Shown piece by piece: positions 40,482 through 50,250 of a stretch of 64,000 nucleotides of DNA (within the stretch, counting starts at the first letter, position 1; every line of letters begins with the position of its first letter). The position numbers were made by a program, and so were the translations under genes. The notes under the pieces were generated by a model, which saw only the letters and a list, made by a program, of their open reading frames with translations, was not told where the DNA came from and made no database searches. The DNA lies in contig CBDAOY010000006.1 of assembly GCA_965198225.1 (NCBI GenBank), positions 32,001-96,000 on the forward strand, given 5' to 3'. The stretch is from Terriglobia bacterium (GTDB lineage: Bacteria; Acidobacteriota; Terriglobia; 20CM-2-55-15).

Positions 40482-40793
40482 GTGTAGGTGCGGTCTATGA
40501 CCGCACATTCTTCGAGCCGAAACGAGGTGCGCTCATACAAGCTGTGAACGAATGTCATTTGTTGGAGAATCGGGTGGCGGGGCTTTTCACGAAGAACCTG
40601 CGATCCTCAAGTGTAGGTGCGCTCTATGAGCGCACAAATGCCCGCGGAACTACAAGTTGTGCGGTCATAGACCGCACCTACACGTGAAAAGCCCCGCCAC
40701 CCGATCCTGGAGTTTCACTTTCTCCAAAGGGATTCGTCATGCCCGCACAATCCTTCTACCCGAAACGTGTGCGGTCATAGACCGCACCTACAC
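40482..40793. repeat. Nested REP structure
   Basis: Outer arms 40482 and 40769-40793; 23-bp IR at 40569-40591 and 40683-40705; inner REPIN 40611-40683. Confidence 0.85.
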
Positions 40794-40800
40794 CGGCGAG

Positions 40801-42384
40801 CTAGTTCCTCACCGTCGGGTATTCGATCCCCAACTGTTCCAGGTAGGTCTTATACCGGGTCGGGTCGAAGTAGTACTCCTGCATCCGGTCCCGGTATGCC
40901 GCCATGATCTCCCGGTTCAGATGGACTGCCGGGGTGTCTGTGTCGCTGATGAAGGGCGTGTAGGTCATGTCCTTGGTCTGGACCTCGCGGAAGTACTGCC
41001 ACGCCTCGTCGAGGAGATCATCTCTGAGCAGGAAGTCCAGGATGGTCATAGCCTGAGCTTTCGCTCCAGCCGTGGCGCCCTTGTGGGCGATCGGTGTCGC
41101 CATAGCGACCGCGTTGGACCAGTGGTGTCCCGGCAGACCGGGGATGTTGGACGGGAAACGCAGCGTGACGGTCGGCACGTTCCAGGATATGTCTCCGATG
41201 TCGTCGGACCCGCCGCCCCGCGGCGCTTCGATCGGTTCGGGCAGTGGCTCGATCTCCGTATTCAAACCGTTCGTCTCCTCGTTGCCCAGCTCCGTCTGGA
41301 CCGCACGGGCAAGTGTCTGGTCCGCCTCGCTCCACTCCGGCAAGCCGACGGCCTGGATGTTTTCATACATGGTCTCGGCCACGATCTTGTTGAAGTGTCC
41401 CGGCCAGGCCGATCCCAGGATCCTGTACTCCATTTCCGTTCCGGTCATCATGGCTGCCGCTTTCGCCATCGTCTGACCCGCTTCGAGCATGTCGGCAATG
41501 TGCGGATAGTCGGTTTCCCTCAAGAAGTACCAGACCGACGCTTCAGAGGGCACGACGTTCGGCTGGTCGCCGCCGTTCGGGATGACGTAGTGCGATCGCT
41601 GCTGGAGGCGCAGGTGTTCCCGGCGGTAGTTCCACCCGACGTTCATCAACTCGACCGCATCCAGGGCGCTGCGACCTCGCCATGGCGCGCCCGCACCGTG
41701 CGCGGCTTCACCATGGAAAGTGAACTCGATCGAAACCAGCCCGCTCCCGGCCGTGGGGCCGTGGCGCACAGACAGGTTGTTGCTCACGTGCGAGAAGAGG
41801 ACGATGTCCACGTCCTCGAAGAAACCGTCGCGGACGTAGTAGGCCTTCGAGCCCAGTTGCTCTTCGGCGACTCCCGGCCAGAGCTTGAGCGTTCCCGAAA
41901 TGCCCTCTCGCTCCATGAGCTCCTTGACTGCGATCGCCGCCGTCACGTTGACCGCCTGTCCGGAGTTGTGACCCTCACCGTGCCCCGGAGCTCCTTCGAT
42001 CAAGGGATCGTGGTACGCCACGCCGGGTTTTTGTGAAGCCTTCGGTATGCCGTCAATGTCGCTGCCGAGAGCGATGACCGGTTCGCCGGATCCCCAGGTC
42101 GCCATCCATGCTGTCGGCATGCTCGAGATGCCGCGTTCGATCGTGAAGCCGTTCTCTTCGAGAATCTCGGTGATGTAGCGTGACGTTTCGACTTCCTGGA
42201 AACCCAGCTCTCCGAAGCTGTAGATCATGTCGACCATCTGCTGGGTGAAATCCCGCAGGCCCTCTACCTTCTCGACGGACTCCTGCTTGAGGCCGGCCAG
42301 CTCGCTGTCGTCCTGAGCAGCGACGGGCAGCGTGAGAGCGACGATCAGCACGAATGTCCAGGTGCAGCGCTGGAAACTACGCAT
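40801..42384 (-). CDS. Secreted M20 amidohydrolase (AbgB-like)
   Basis: Signal peptide; GHGEGHN, AEEQ, GEAAHGAGAPWRGRSALDAVELM, GSDDIGDISW. Confidence 0.9.
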   Translation of the reverse strand: MRSFQRCTWTFVLIVALTLPVAAQDDSELAGLKQESVEKVEGLRDFTQQMVDMIYSFGELGFQEVETSRYITEILEENGFTIERGISSMPTAWMATWGSGEPVIALGSDIDGIPKASQKPGVAYHDPLIEGAPGHGEGHNSGQAVNVTAAIAVKELMEREGISGTLKLWPGVAEEQLGSKAYYVRDGFFEDVDIVLFSHVSNNLSVRHGPTAGSGLVSIEFTFHGEAAHGAGAPWRGRSALDAVELMNVGWNYRREHLRLQQRSHYVIPNGGDQPNVVPSEASVWYFLRETDYPHIADMLEAGQTMAKAAAMMTGTEMEYRILGSAWPGHFNKIVAETMYENIQAVGLPEWSEADQTLARAVQTELGNEETNGLNTEIEPLPEPIEAPRGGGSDDIGDISWNVPTVTLRFPSNIPGLPGHHWSNAVAMATPIAHKGATAGAKAQAMTILDFLLRDDLLDEAWQYFREVQTKDMTYTPFISDTDTPAVHLNREIMAAYRDRMQEYYFDPTRYKTYLEQLGIEYPTVRN

Positions 42385-42494
42385 GTTGACAACCTCCTGA
42401 AAAAGGAAACGTTGATTCTAGCAGGTAGTAGCCAGTTGTCAGTAGTCAGTTGCCAGTTGGCGGCTGCCCCGCCGAAACCCCCGGATCCATCCCT

Positions 42495-42525
42495 GTGTAG
42501 GTGCGCTCATAGAGCGCACCTACAC
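42495..42525. repeat. Collapsed REPIN: one hairpin with both GTAG ends
   Basis: GTGTAGGTGCGCTC-ATA-GAGCGCACCTACAC. Confidence 0.9.
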
Positions 42526-42565
42526 CCGACCCTTAAAGTACGCAGGGGCCAGTCGTGCCCGACTC

Positions 42566-43258
42566 TTATTTCGTCAGAAACGGTTCGATCGTTTCCAGGA
42601 CGTTTTCGACGACGATCGTGTAGCCTTCGCCCGTGGGGTGGATGCCGTCAGGGAGGTTCAGGCTCCGAACGCCCGCCAGGCCTTCGAGGAAGAACGGGAT
42701 CCGTTCTACGCCGTACTCGTCGGCGAGCCCGACGAACATGTCCTCGAAATCCTGGACGTACTCCGGTCCGTAGTTGCGCGGGAGGGTGAGTCCGGCCAGG
42801 ACTACGCGAGTGCCGATCTCGTTGAAGGCTTCGATCATCGTGGCGAGGTTTGCTCGGGCGACCTCGATCGGGATGCCACGAAGACCGTCATTGGCTCCCA
42901 ATTCGAGAATGACAACCTCGGGTTCAAGGTCCAGTGCGCCGCTGAGCCGAGCGATCCCACCGCTCGTCGTGTCCCCGGCTATCCCCTGATTCACGACCCG
43001 GTAGGAATACCCCAGTCGGTCGAGTTCCCCCTGCAATTGGGCGGGATAGGAGACGTCGGCGTCGACGCCATAGCCTGCGGTCAGGCTGTCGCCAAAAGCC
43101 AGTATGACGGGCAGATCCGGATCGTATGCGGCGGGAACAGCGGCGGCAGCCCTCGGCGGCGGACTTCGGTCGGCTTCCGGTTCGGTTCTGCATGCCCCAG
43201 CGAGAGCCAGCAGGGCGAAGATTGTGAGTGACCGAAGAACGGTGGCGTTCGTCAACAT
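42566..43258 (-). CDS. tesA: SGNH arylesterase/thioesterase I, lipoprotein
   Basis: GDSLTAG, GANDGLRG, DGIHP; lipobox AGAC. Confidence 0.9.
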   Translation of the reverse strand: MLTNATVLRSLTIFALLALAGACRTEPEADRSPPPRAAAAVPAAYDPDLPVILAFGDSLTAGYGVDADVSYPAQLQGELDRLGYSYRVVNQGIAGDTTSGGIARLSGALDLEPEVVILELGANDGLRGIPIEVARANLATMIEAFNEIGTRVVLAGLTLPRNYGPEYVQDFEDMFVGLADEYGVERIPFFLEGLAGVRSLNLPDGIHPTGEGYTIVVENVLETIEPFLTK

Positions 43259-43369
43259 AGTGAAGACCTTTCAATAGTGTACGATACCGTTAGGCGGATG
43301 CGACCCCTCGAACGGGGATGCGTCCGCCCGATCGAACGGCCAATCCGTCGACCCCGTGAAACAAGATTA

Positions 43370-44044
43370 ATGATCGTCGTCAAGAATCTCGTCAAGACAA
43401 TCGCAACCGAGACCCACCGGGTCGAGATCCTCAAGGACATCAGTTTCGAGGTTCCCAGCTCCCAGGTCGTTGCGATCATGGGTCCGTCGGGCAGTGGCAA
43501 GAGCACCCTGCTCGGAATGATTGCCGGACTGGATTGGCCCACGTCCGGATCCGTCATGCTCGACGGGATCGACATCACCGGCCTGAGCGAGGATGAGCTC
43601 GCCGGGGTCCGTGGACGCAAGATCGGGTTCGTCTTCCAGGCATACCAGCTGATTCCGACGCTGACCGCCATGGAGAACGTTCTCCTCCCTGCCGAGATGC
43701 TCGGGGATGGGACGGCGAACGGAGCGCTGGACCGGGCGCGGCAACTGCTCGACGGCGTGGGCCTGCTCGAGCGGCACGATCACTATCCGGCACAACTGTC
43801 GGGCGGGGAGCAGCAGAGGGTCGCGATTGCCCGGGCCTTCATGATGGGGCCGGCGATCCTGCTGGCCGACGAGCCGACCGGCAACCTCGACAGCGAGAAC
43901 GGGAGCCACGTTCTGGAGCTGTTGCTGAAGCTCAACCGAGACCAGGGGACGACGCTCGTCCTGGTCACCCACAACCGGGAACTAGCCTCCCATGCCGACC
44001 GGCGGATTTTCCTGAAGGACGGGCGGATAGTGGAAGACGTCTAG
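43370..44044 (+). CDS. ybbA: ABC ATP-binding protein, YbbA-like
   Basis: GPSGSGKST, LSGGEQQR, DEPTGNLD; divergent from tesA. Confidence 0.88.
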   Translation: MIVVKNLVKTIATETHRVEILKDISFEVPSSQVVAIMGPSGSGKSTLLGMIAGLDWPTSGSVMLDGIDITGLSEDELAGVRGRKIGFVFQAYQLIPTLTAMENVLLPAEMLGDGTANGALDRARQLLDGVGLLERHDHYPAQLSGGEQQRVAIARAFMMGPAILLADEPTGNLDSENGSHVLELLLKLNRDQGTTLVLVTHNRELASHADRRIFLKDGRIVEDV

Positions 44045-44107
44045 GTGCGGTCCATGACCGCACATTCTTCGAAACGGGACGTCGTGCGCTCATAGAGCGC
44101 ACCTACA
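44042..44107. repeat. REPIN overlapping the ybbA stop
   Basis: TAGGTGCGGTCCATGACCGCAC...GTGCGCTCATAGAGCGCACCTACA. Confidence 0.85.
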
Positions 44108-44114
44108 GCTGAAT

Positions 44115-46637
44115 ATGAGATTCGCTTTCCGAATGGCCTGGCGCGAAGCCCGCGCATCGAAGGGACGCTTCCTGTTCGTGATCCTGGCGATTGCGGCGGG
44201 AGTGGCTGCCCTGAGCGGAGTCAAGGGCTTTAACGAATCCGTCCGGTACACGTTGCTCGCCGAAGCCCGCACATTGATGGGCGCCGACCTCGTGATCCGC
44301 CTCTCTGTCGATCCTACCGACGAGGAGTTGGCCTTCCTCGAGAGCCTTCGTGAGCGGGGAATCGATTTCACGCGGGTGACGGAAACGGTCTCGATGTCGT
44401 CTTCGACGTCCCATCCTCAACCCCTGTTGAGCTCGATCAAAGCGGCGGATCTATCGGTCTATCCTTACTACGGAACGCTGGAATTCGAGCCGGCGGAAGC
44501 GTCGATGGGTGACGACACGGTCATCGTTTCGGACGACCTTCTCATGCGGTTGGATGTCGATGTCGGCGACACGATTAAGGTCAGTGCGGGGGAATTCCGT
44601 ATCGCGGCTGTCGCCGTCCGAGAGCCGGACCGCATGACGACCGGATTCACGCTCGGTCCGCGCGTCCTTATGACGCCGGCCGGTTACGAGCAGGCAGGAC
44701 TCGCCGTTCGTGGAAGCCGTGCGACACAGCGGCTTTTGCTGCGACTTCCAGAGGGAACCGACCTGGATGGAACCCGTGCCGAGATCCGGGAAGTATTCGG
44801 CCGCCGCGCCCGGGTGTCGGACTTTACGCAGCAGAACCGAACGCTTTCCCGCGGCCTTCGGCGGGCGACGATATTCCTCAGCCTCGTGAGCCTGATTGCG
44901 TTGATAGTGGGAGGCCTGGGCGTTGCCACCTCGATTGAAAGCCACCTCCGTCAGAAGATGGATACGATCGCGATGATCAAATGCCTGGGCGGCCGCTCGC
45001 GCCAGATCATGAGGATCTACGTCGTCCAGGCAACCCTACTCGGCCTCGCAGGAAGCCTGATCGGCGTCGCGCTGGGGTTCGGCGCGCAGTTGGTATTTCC
45101 GCGGTTTCTCGCCGGTTACTTCGACGTCGACATCCACCTGATCGTATCGATCGCCCCGATACTGCAGGGCGTTCTGGCCGGGCTTCTGACCGCTTTGCTG
45201 TTCACGATCCCCCCCCTGCTGTCGATCTCCCGAATCCGTCCGGCACTGATTTTCCGGCGCGATATGGCCGAGGCGCAGGTTCGAGGGCGGGATCTGCGGC
45301 CTTACGCGGCTTTCGGCGTTATCGCCCTTGGCCTCTGGGCCATGGCCGTGTGGATCGGTTCGTCGCTCTACGTCGGATCCATATTCGCGGGTGGCCTGCT
45401 CGTCAGCGTCATCCTGCTGGGGCTGGTCGGACAGGGATTGATGGTGCTGATGCGCCGCGTCCTCAATCGCTACTCGCGGAGCTGGCACCCGTCCCTCCGA
45501 CACGGTGTCGCGAACCTGTATCGGCCCGGAACCCACGTCGTGGCGGTCCTCGTTGCCCTGGGCATCGGCGTGATGTTCACGCTTTCGGTGCAACTGCTGC
45601 AGACCTCTCTCGTGGATCAGTTGCGGACGAGCGCGCCTCCCGACATGCCGAACGTGTACATGATCAACATCACGGATCGGGAGAAGGACGGGCTGTGGGA
45701 ATTGCTCGGAGAACAGGACGGCGTGATCGAGGCACAACCGGCGTCTCCGGCGGTGTCCGGAATGCTGCATCGCGTGAACGAGGTGGCGATCGAGGACATG
45801 AACCTGGTCGAAGGCGAGCGTCGTTACCTGCGGGTCCAGTTTGCGCTCACCTGGTCGGACGAACCCCCACCGGCGACCGAGATTCTGGAAGGCGAGTGGT
45901 GGGAAGAGGGGACGGGAGACCGCCTGGTTTCGGTGGAAGAGAATGCCGCGGGGATCCTGCGCCTGGACCCCGGTGACACCGTCGAGTGGAATGTCGGAGG
46001 GAGAGTCGTGGGCGCGCGTGTCGCCAACGTTCGTCGGACCGACGGAACCCGCTCTGGGGCCAACAACCAGTTCATTCTGACCCCCGGTACGCTCGATGAG
46101 TTTCCTGGCGTCTATTACGGCGCGCTGCTTGTCGAACCCGAAGCCGTGGGCGCGCTGCAACGCGCCGTGTTTGAACGCTACCCGTCGGTGACGGTCATCA
46201 ATGCCGCCGACATCCTGGCCATCGTTCAGCAGACGATCGAGCGGATGAGCCTGACCGTTCGCTTCGTCGCCGCGTTTGCGATCCTGGGAGGAATCATCAT
46301 CCTCGCCTCGAGCGTCGCCGGCACCCGCTACCGCCGTATCCGTGAAGTCGCGATACTGAAGACCGTCGGCGCGACACGCTCCCGGATCGTCGGTGTCTTC
46401 TCGGTGGAGTTCCTTATCCTCGGGCTGGTGGCCGGCCTGATCGGAAGCCTTCTGGCCGCCGCCTTTACCGCCTTCGTCGTCGACCAGTTGATGGACGGGA
46501 CATATGTCATCGATTGGTTGCCTCTCGTCGCCGCAATCGCCCTGACGGCATTACTCGCCGTCGCGACCGGCTGGGCCGCCAGCTACCGTATCCTCGGGCA
46601 GAAACCTCTCGAAGTCCTCCGCCGCGCCGAAACCTGA
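44115..46637 (+). CDS. ybbP: ABC permease, YbbP-like (duplicated FtsX)
   Basis: 840 aa; AWREAR, YPYYG, two FtsX-like TM blocks; tesA-ybbA-ybbP synteny. Confidence 0.88.
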   Translation: MRFAFRMAWREARASKGRFLFVILAIAAGVAALSGVKGFNESVRYTLLAEARTLMGADLVIRLSVDPTDEELAFLESLRERGIDFTRVTETVSMSSSTSHPQPLLSSIKAADLSVYPYYGTLEFEPAEASMGDDTVIVSDDLLMRLDVDVGDTIKVSAGEFRIAAVAVREPDRMTTGFTLGPRVLMTPAGYEQAGLAVRGSRATQRLLLRLPEGTDLDGTRAEIREVFGRRARVSDFTQQNRTLSRGLRRATIFLSLVSLIALIVGGLGVATSIESHLRQKMDTIAMIKCLGGRSRQIMRIYVVQATLLGLAGSLIGVALGFGAQLVFPRFLAGYFDVDIHLIVSIAPILQGVLAGLLTALLFTIPPLLSISRIRPALIFRRDMAEAQVRGRDLRPYAAFGVIALGLWAMAVWIGSSLYVGSIFAGGLLVSVILLGLVGQGLMVLMRRVLNRYSRSWHPSLRHGVANLYRPGTHVVAVLVALGIGVMFTLSVQLLQTSLVDQLRTSAPPDMPNVYMINITDREKDGLWELLGEQDGVIEAQPASPAVSGMLHRVNEVAIEDMNLVEGERRYLRVQFALTWSDEPPPATEILEGEWWEEGTGDRLVSVEENAAGILRLDPGDTVEWNVGGRVVGARVANVRRTDGTRSGANNQFILTPGTLDEFPGVYYGALLVEPEAVGALQRAVFERYPSVTVINAADILAIVQQTIERMSLTVRFVAAFAILGGIIILASSVAGTRYRRIREVAILKTVGATRSRIVGVFSVEFLILGLVAGLIGSLLAAAFTAFVVDQLMDGTYVIDWLPLVAAIALTALLAVATGWAASYRILGQKPLEVLRRAET

Positions 46638-46669
46638 CCCCGACGACATAGAAAGCCGTCAGAATAGGA

Positions 46670-46741
46670 TTAACCACGGAGGCACAGAGGCACGGACTGA
46701 TCTCTTGTCTTTCCTCTGTGTCTCTGTGCCTCCGTGGTTAA
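46670..46741. repeat. Second palindromic family copy, possible bidirectional terminator
   Basis: Perfect 20-bp IR TTAACCACGGAGGCACAGAG between convergent genes. Confidence 0.8.
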
Positions 46742-46765
46742 AAAGATGGTTCAGTTCTAGACAAG

Positions 46766-47911
46766 TTACAGGTGAGGCCGGAGGCGCTGCAGTGCGTCTT
46801 TGAGAACGGAAGGTTGCTGGACGTAGCTCAGGACCAGGTGGCGGCCGTCGGTGTCGTAGAAGTAGCCGGGGTGGACCAGAAGGTGCTCCTCTTCGAGCAG
46901 TTCGATAGCAAGATTCTCTTCGTCGATGTCCCGCGTGTAAGGGAGTATCAGGTAGAAACCGCCTCGCGGTGCGACGAGGTCCAGGCCTTTCAAAGCGGCA
47001 AGCGCCGTGTTTCGACGCTCGCTCATCCGGTGTCGGTAGTCTTCGAGGAAATCGGCTCCCCTTTCGAACACCGCCTGAACGGCGAACTGGGCGATCTCGT
47101 TCACGGGAAGAAAGGTGTCCGAGATCAGTTCCAGGGTGGCGAGGGCTTTGCCGACGAGATTCGAAGTTCCGGAAACTGCCACCCACCCGATCTTCATCCC
47201 GGGGAGCGCGAACGTTTTCGAGAAACCGTTCAGCGTGAACACGAGCGGGGTGTCGCCATCGGCCAGGCGCACGCCTGGACCTTCGAATACGAACTCGCTG
47301 AACACCTCGTCCGCGATAATCGGCAGGTCGTGGCGCCGGGCAATGGCAGCCAGAGCGTCGCCCTGCGAGGAATCGACGACCATACCCGTTGGGTTGTGCG
47401 GCGATATGACGACGATCGCCCGCGTCCTTTCATTGATCTGGTCCTCCAGGTAGTCGAGATCGATCATCCACCCTTGCGGCTCGATCAACCGGTAGTTCCT
47501 GACGTGAACGCCGCAGGTCTTTGCGATGTAGTCGAAGAGCGGATAAGAAGGTGTCGGGCAGAGAACCTCGTCGGTTGTGTCGCAAAGCAGCTTGAAGCAG
47601 TACCAATAGGCGACGCTGGTACCGGGTGTGAGCAGGACGCGGTCGGGGGTGATCCAGGACGGGTCGTGACTGGCGATGGCGGCCCGGGCAGAGGGCTGAC
47701 CGAACGAGTCCGGCTTGTACACCGCTGACTTTTCTGCAGCCTCGCTGAGTATCTCTTTGAGCAAGCCTTCCGGGAAAACGATTCCATGCTCATTTACGTT
47801 CCCCGAAATCAGATCAACGATCGGCCGGCCTTCTTCAACGAACCTGTCGCGAACCTGGTAGAGCCGGTTCCTGGAGCCCGGAAAGCGGTCAGCGAGGTTG
47901 GAAAAACGCAT
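46766..47911 (-). CDS. PLP-dependent aminotransferase class I/II
   Basis: SPHNPTG, IADEVF, GFSKTFALPGMKIGW. Confidence 0.92.
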   Translation of the reverse strand: MRFSNLADRFPGSRNRLYQVRDRFVEEGRPIVDLISGNVNEHGIVFPEGLLKEILSEAAEKSAVYKPDSFGQPSARAAIASHDPSWITPDRVLLTPGTSVAYWYCFKLLCDTTDEVLCPTPSYPLFDYIAKTCGVHVRNYRLIEPQGWMIDLDYLEDQINERTRAIVVISPHNPTGMVVDSSQGDALAAIARRHDLPIIADEVFSEFVFEGPGVRLADGDTPLVFTLNGFSKTFALPGMKIGWVAVSGTSNLVGKALATLELISDTFLPVNEIAQFAVQAVFERGADFLEDYRHRMSERRNTALAALKGLDLVAPRGGFYLILPYTRDIDEENLAIELLEEEHLLVHPGYFYDTDGRHLVLSYVQQPSVLKDALQRLRPHL

Positions 47912-47934
47912 AATGGAGGGAAGCTCTCAGGGTA

Positions 47935-48118
47935 GTGTAGCTGCGCTCTATGAGCGGAACCATTCATTAGCGTCGGGCCCACCGTCCCCCTCCCGACGTG
48001 AGTTTGAGCGTTCAAGTGCCGATCGCGGTGCGCGGGTGTGTAGAGAAAGACAGCTGGTCCGGTCCCCCCACGCCTCCCTCAAGCCGGAACCATGTGCGGT
48101 CATAGACCGCACCTGCAC
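47935..48118. repeat. Long REPIN with ~135-bp cargo (copy A)
   Basis: REP arms; cargo is the reverse complement of that in 50900-51083. Confidence 0.85.
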
Positions 48119-48142
48119 CAACTGACTACCGACTACTGACTA

Positions 48143-49009
48143 CTATTCCCTATTCCCCGCCATCTCGTCGTAGAACCCCTCCAGGCTTCGCAACAGACGA
48201 CCTTCCCACGCCCAGCCGATGTCTTCCAGGTCGACGCGTTCGGCAAGGTTCTCTTTGGTTGCGCCTTGGCGGATCGCCGTACTCGTCCGCCGCTGCGTCG
48301 TCTGAAACTTTGTCCGGAATTCACGCAATCCGGCCTTCGTGACCACGTCCCCATGGCCGGGGATCACTTTGTCGGCATCCAGCGAGAGGATCCCGTCGAT
48401 CGTGTCGAGCCACTCGGTGCTGTCGCCCCCGTTGCCGTAGTCGATGAACGGCGTCCCGGCGCTGACGAACAGATCTCCGGTATGGATGATCCTCAGATCC
48501 GGAAAGTAAATCGCCGAATCGCCGTTGGTATGGCCGCGCCCGAAGTGAATGGCTCGGACCTCGGCGCCGCCCAGATGCACGGATGCCTGGTCGGTGTACA
48601 CCATCGTCGGCGGTCCCGGTTGATCGTTTCGCAACATGTTGGCCCGAACGTTCGTATGAGCCAGAATCTGCGCGACCGGGCCGAACCGCGGGTTGCTACC
48701 CACGTGGTCTCCGTGGTTGTGCGTGTTGAACACGTACTTGACGGGTTGATCTGTCACGCCTTTGATTCTGGCGATGATCTCATCGTAGTTCCGTTCGAAC
48801 TTGTCATCGACGATGATCACACCCTCCGACGTGACCCTTGCGCTGACGTTGCCGCCGCTGCCGACGATGACGTAGAGCCCGTCAGCGACTTCTTGAATGT
48901 CCAGCGGTGGAGCCTGGCCCCGGCCTCCCCGTTGGGTCAGGCCGTTGAGCGCGGCCGCGGAAATGCCCACGAGGGCCGCAACGGCGATCACAAGGAATTT
49001 TCTGCGCAT
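48143..49009 (-). CDS. Secreted MBL-fold metallo-hydrolase
   Basis: THNHGDH, GHTNGD, TGDL, PGHG; signal peptide. Confidence 0.9.
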   Translation of the reverse strand: MRRKFLVIAVAALVGISAAALNGLTQRGGRGQAPPLDIQEVADGLYVIVGSGGNVSARVTSEGVIIVDDKFERNYDEIIARIKGVTDQPVKYVFNTHNHGDHVGSNPRFGPVAQILAHTNVRANMLRNDQPGPPTMVYTDQASVHLGGAEVRAIHFGRGHTNGDSAIYFPDLRIIHTGDLFVSAGTPFIDYGNGGDSTEWLDTIDGILSLDADKVIPGHGDVVTKAGLREFRTKFQTTQRRTSTAIRQGATKENLAERVDLEDIGWAWEGRLLRSLEGFYDEMAGNRE

Positions 49010-49048
49010 GCTGGTTCCCTCCACTTTTAAGTGACGAGTGACAGGTGG

Positions 49049-49118
49049 GTGTAGGTGCGCTCTATGAGCGCACATCCCTCGGTCTGGAATAATGTACGGT
49101 CATAGACCGCACCTACAC
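49049..49118. repeat. REPIN between the MBL paralogs
   Basis: Both arms present, arm order reversed relative to the kinase-array copies. Confidence 0.88.
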
Positions 49119-49126
49119 CTATCGAA

Positions 49127-49975
49127 CTACCGGCTTCCCGCTAGTTCGTCATAGAAGTCGGGCAGGCTGCGGCGTCCAAAGAGGCTGCCTTCGATGGGCC
49201 AGCCCAGATCGTCGCCGTTCAAGCGGGAGCCGAACTGGTCTTTCGTCACGCCCCGGGAGATCAGCTCTCGGGCACGGTTCTGAAGCGTTTCGAACTTGCT
49301 GCGGAACTCCCGGACGTCGTTCTTGGTCATCACACCGCCGTGTCCGGGAATGACGGTCTCGAAGTCCAACTCGAGAATGTTGTCGAGCGTCGTCAGCCAC
49401 TCGACGCTGGTTCCCCCGTTGGCGTAGTCGATGAACGGCGTGCCACCGACGAAGAGGTCGCCCGTGTGAACGGTCCGGAGGTCCGGGAAAAAGATGACCG
49501 CATCGCCGTTCGTGTGACCGCGTCCGACGTGGTGCGCGCTAACTTCCGCGCCGCCCAGGAAGACGGCTGTCTGATCGGTGAAGACGATTGACGGCGCACC
49601 CGACTGGTTCCCGTTCAGGATGTTCGTCCGGACGTTGGAATGTGCGATCACCTGTGCGACGGCCGAGAATTTTTCATTGCCGCCGGTGTGGTCCCCATGA
49701 TGGTGAGTATTGAGGACGTATTTCACGGGCTGATCCGTCACGCTCCGTATTCTCGACATGATGTCGTCGTAGTTCTGCTCGAATTTGTCGTCCACGACGA
49801 CGACACCCTCGGACGTAACGCGGACTCCCACGTTCCCACCGTCGCCGACGATCATATAGAGACCGTCGGCCACCTCCTGGATCTCCAGCCCCTGCTGCTG
49901 CGTCAGAACGACCAGGCCCGCTGCGCCCGCCCCGACCACGGCTGCGATGGCGATGACGAGAAACTTTCTGCTCAT
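49127..49975 (-). CDS. Secreted MBL-fold metallo-hydrolase, tandem paralog
   Basis: THHHGDH, GHTNGD, PGHG; closely similar to 48143-49009. Confidence 0.9.
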   Translation of the reverse strand: MSRKFLVIAIAAVVGAGAAGLVVLTQQQGLEIQEVADGLYMIVGDGGNVGVRVTSEGVVVVDDKFEQNYDDIMSRIRSVTDQPVKYVLNTHHHGDHTGGNEKFSAVAQVIAHSNVRTNILNGNQSGAPSIVFTDQTAVFLGGAEVSAHHVGRGHTNGDAVIFFPDLRTVHTGDLFVGGTPFIDYANGGTSVEWLTTLDNILELDFETVIPGHGGVMTKNDVREFRSKFETLQNRARELISRGVTKDQFGSRLNGDDLGWPIEGSLFGRRSLPDFYDELAGSR

Positions 49976-50052
49976 GAATCTTTCCTCCTCAGTTCGTAAG
50001 GACCCACATTCTACATCTTTGGGAGGGGGTGACAAGTGACGAGAGCGCGAAA

Positions 50053-50250
50053 GTGTAGGTGCGCTCTATGAGCGCACATCTCTCAAGCCGGAACAGTCGT
50101 GCCCACGCCCGCCGTGGGGGGACCGGACCAACTGTTTTTCCCCCCAAAGCCCGCAGCGCCGGTTCGTGGTCGAACGCTCATCGTTTCGGCGGGAGGGGGA
50201 CGGTGGGCCCGACGCTGATTGATGGTTCCGGTCATAGACCGCACCTACAC
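50053..50250. repeat. Long REPIN with cargo (copy B)
   Basis: Shares GGGGGGACCGGACCA and GGGAGGGGGACGGTGGGCCCG blocks with copies A and C. Confidence 0.85.

Noticed and set aside
40365-40508. N-terminal extensions or ORFs starting MCGHRPHL, MRSMTA or MCAHRAHL
   Set aside because: Translations of REP arms, not genuine starts
48143-49975. Antibiotic-resistance metallo-beta-lactamases
   Set aside because: HxHxDH shows only the fold; nothing here supports beta-lactam specificity
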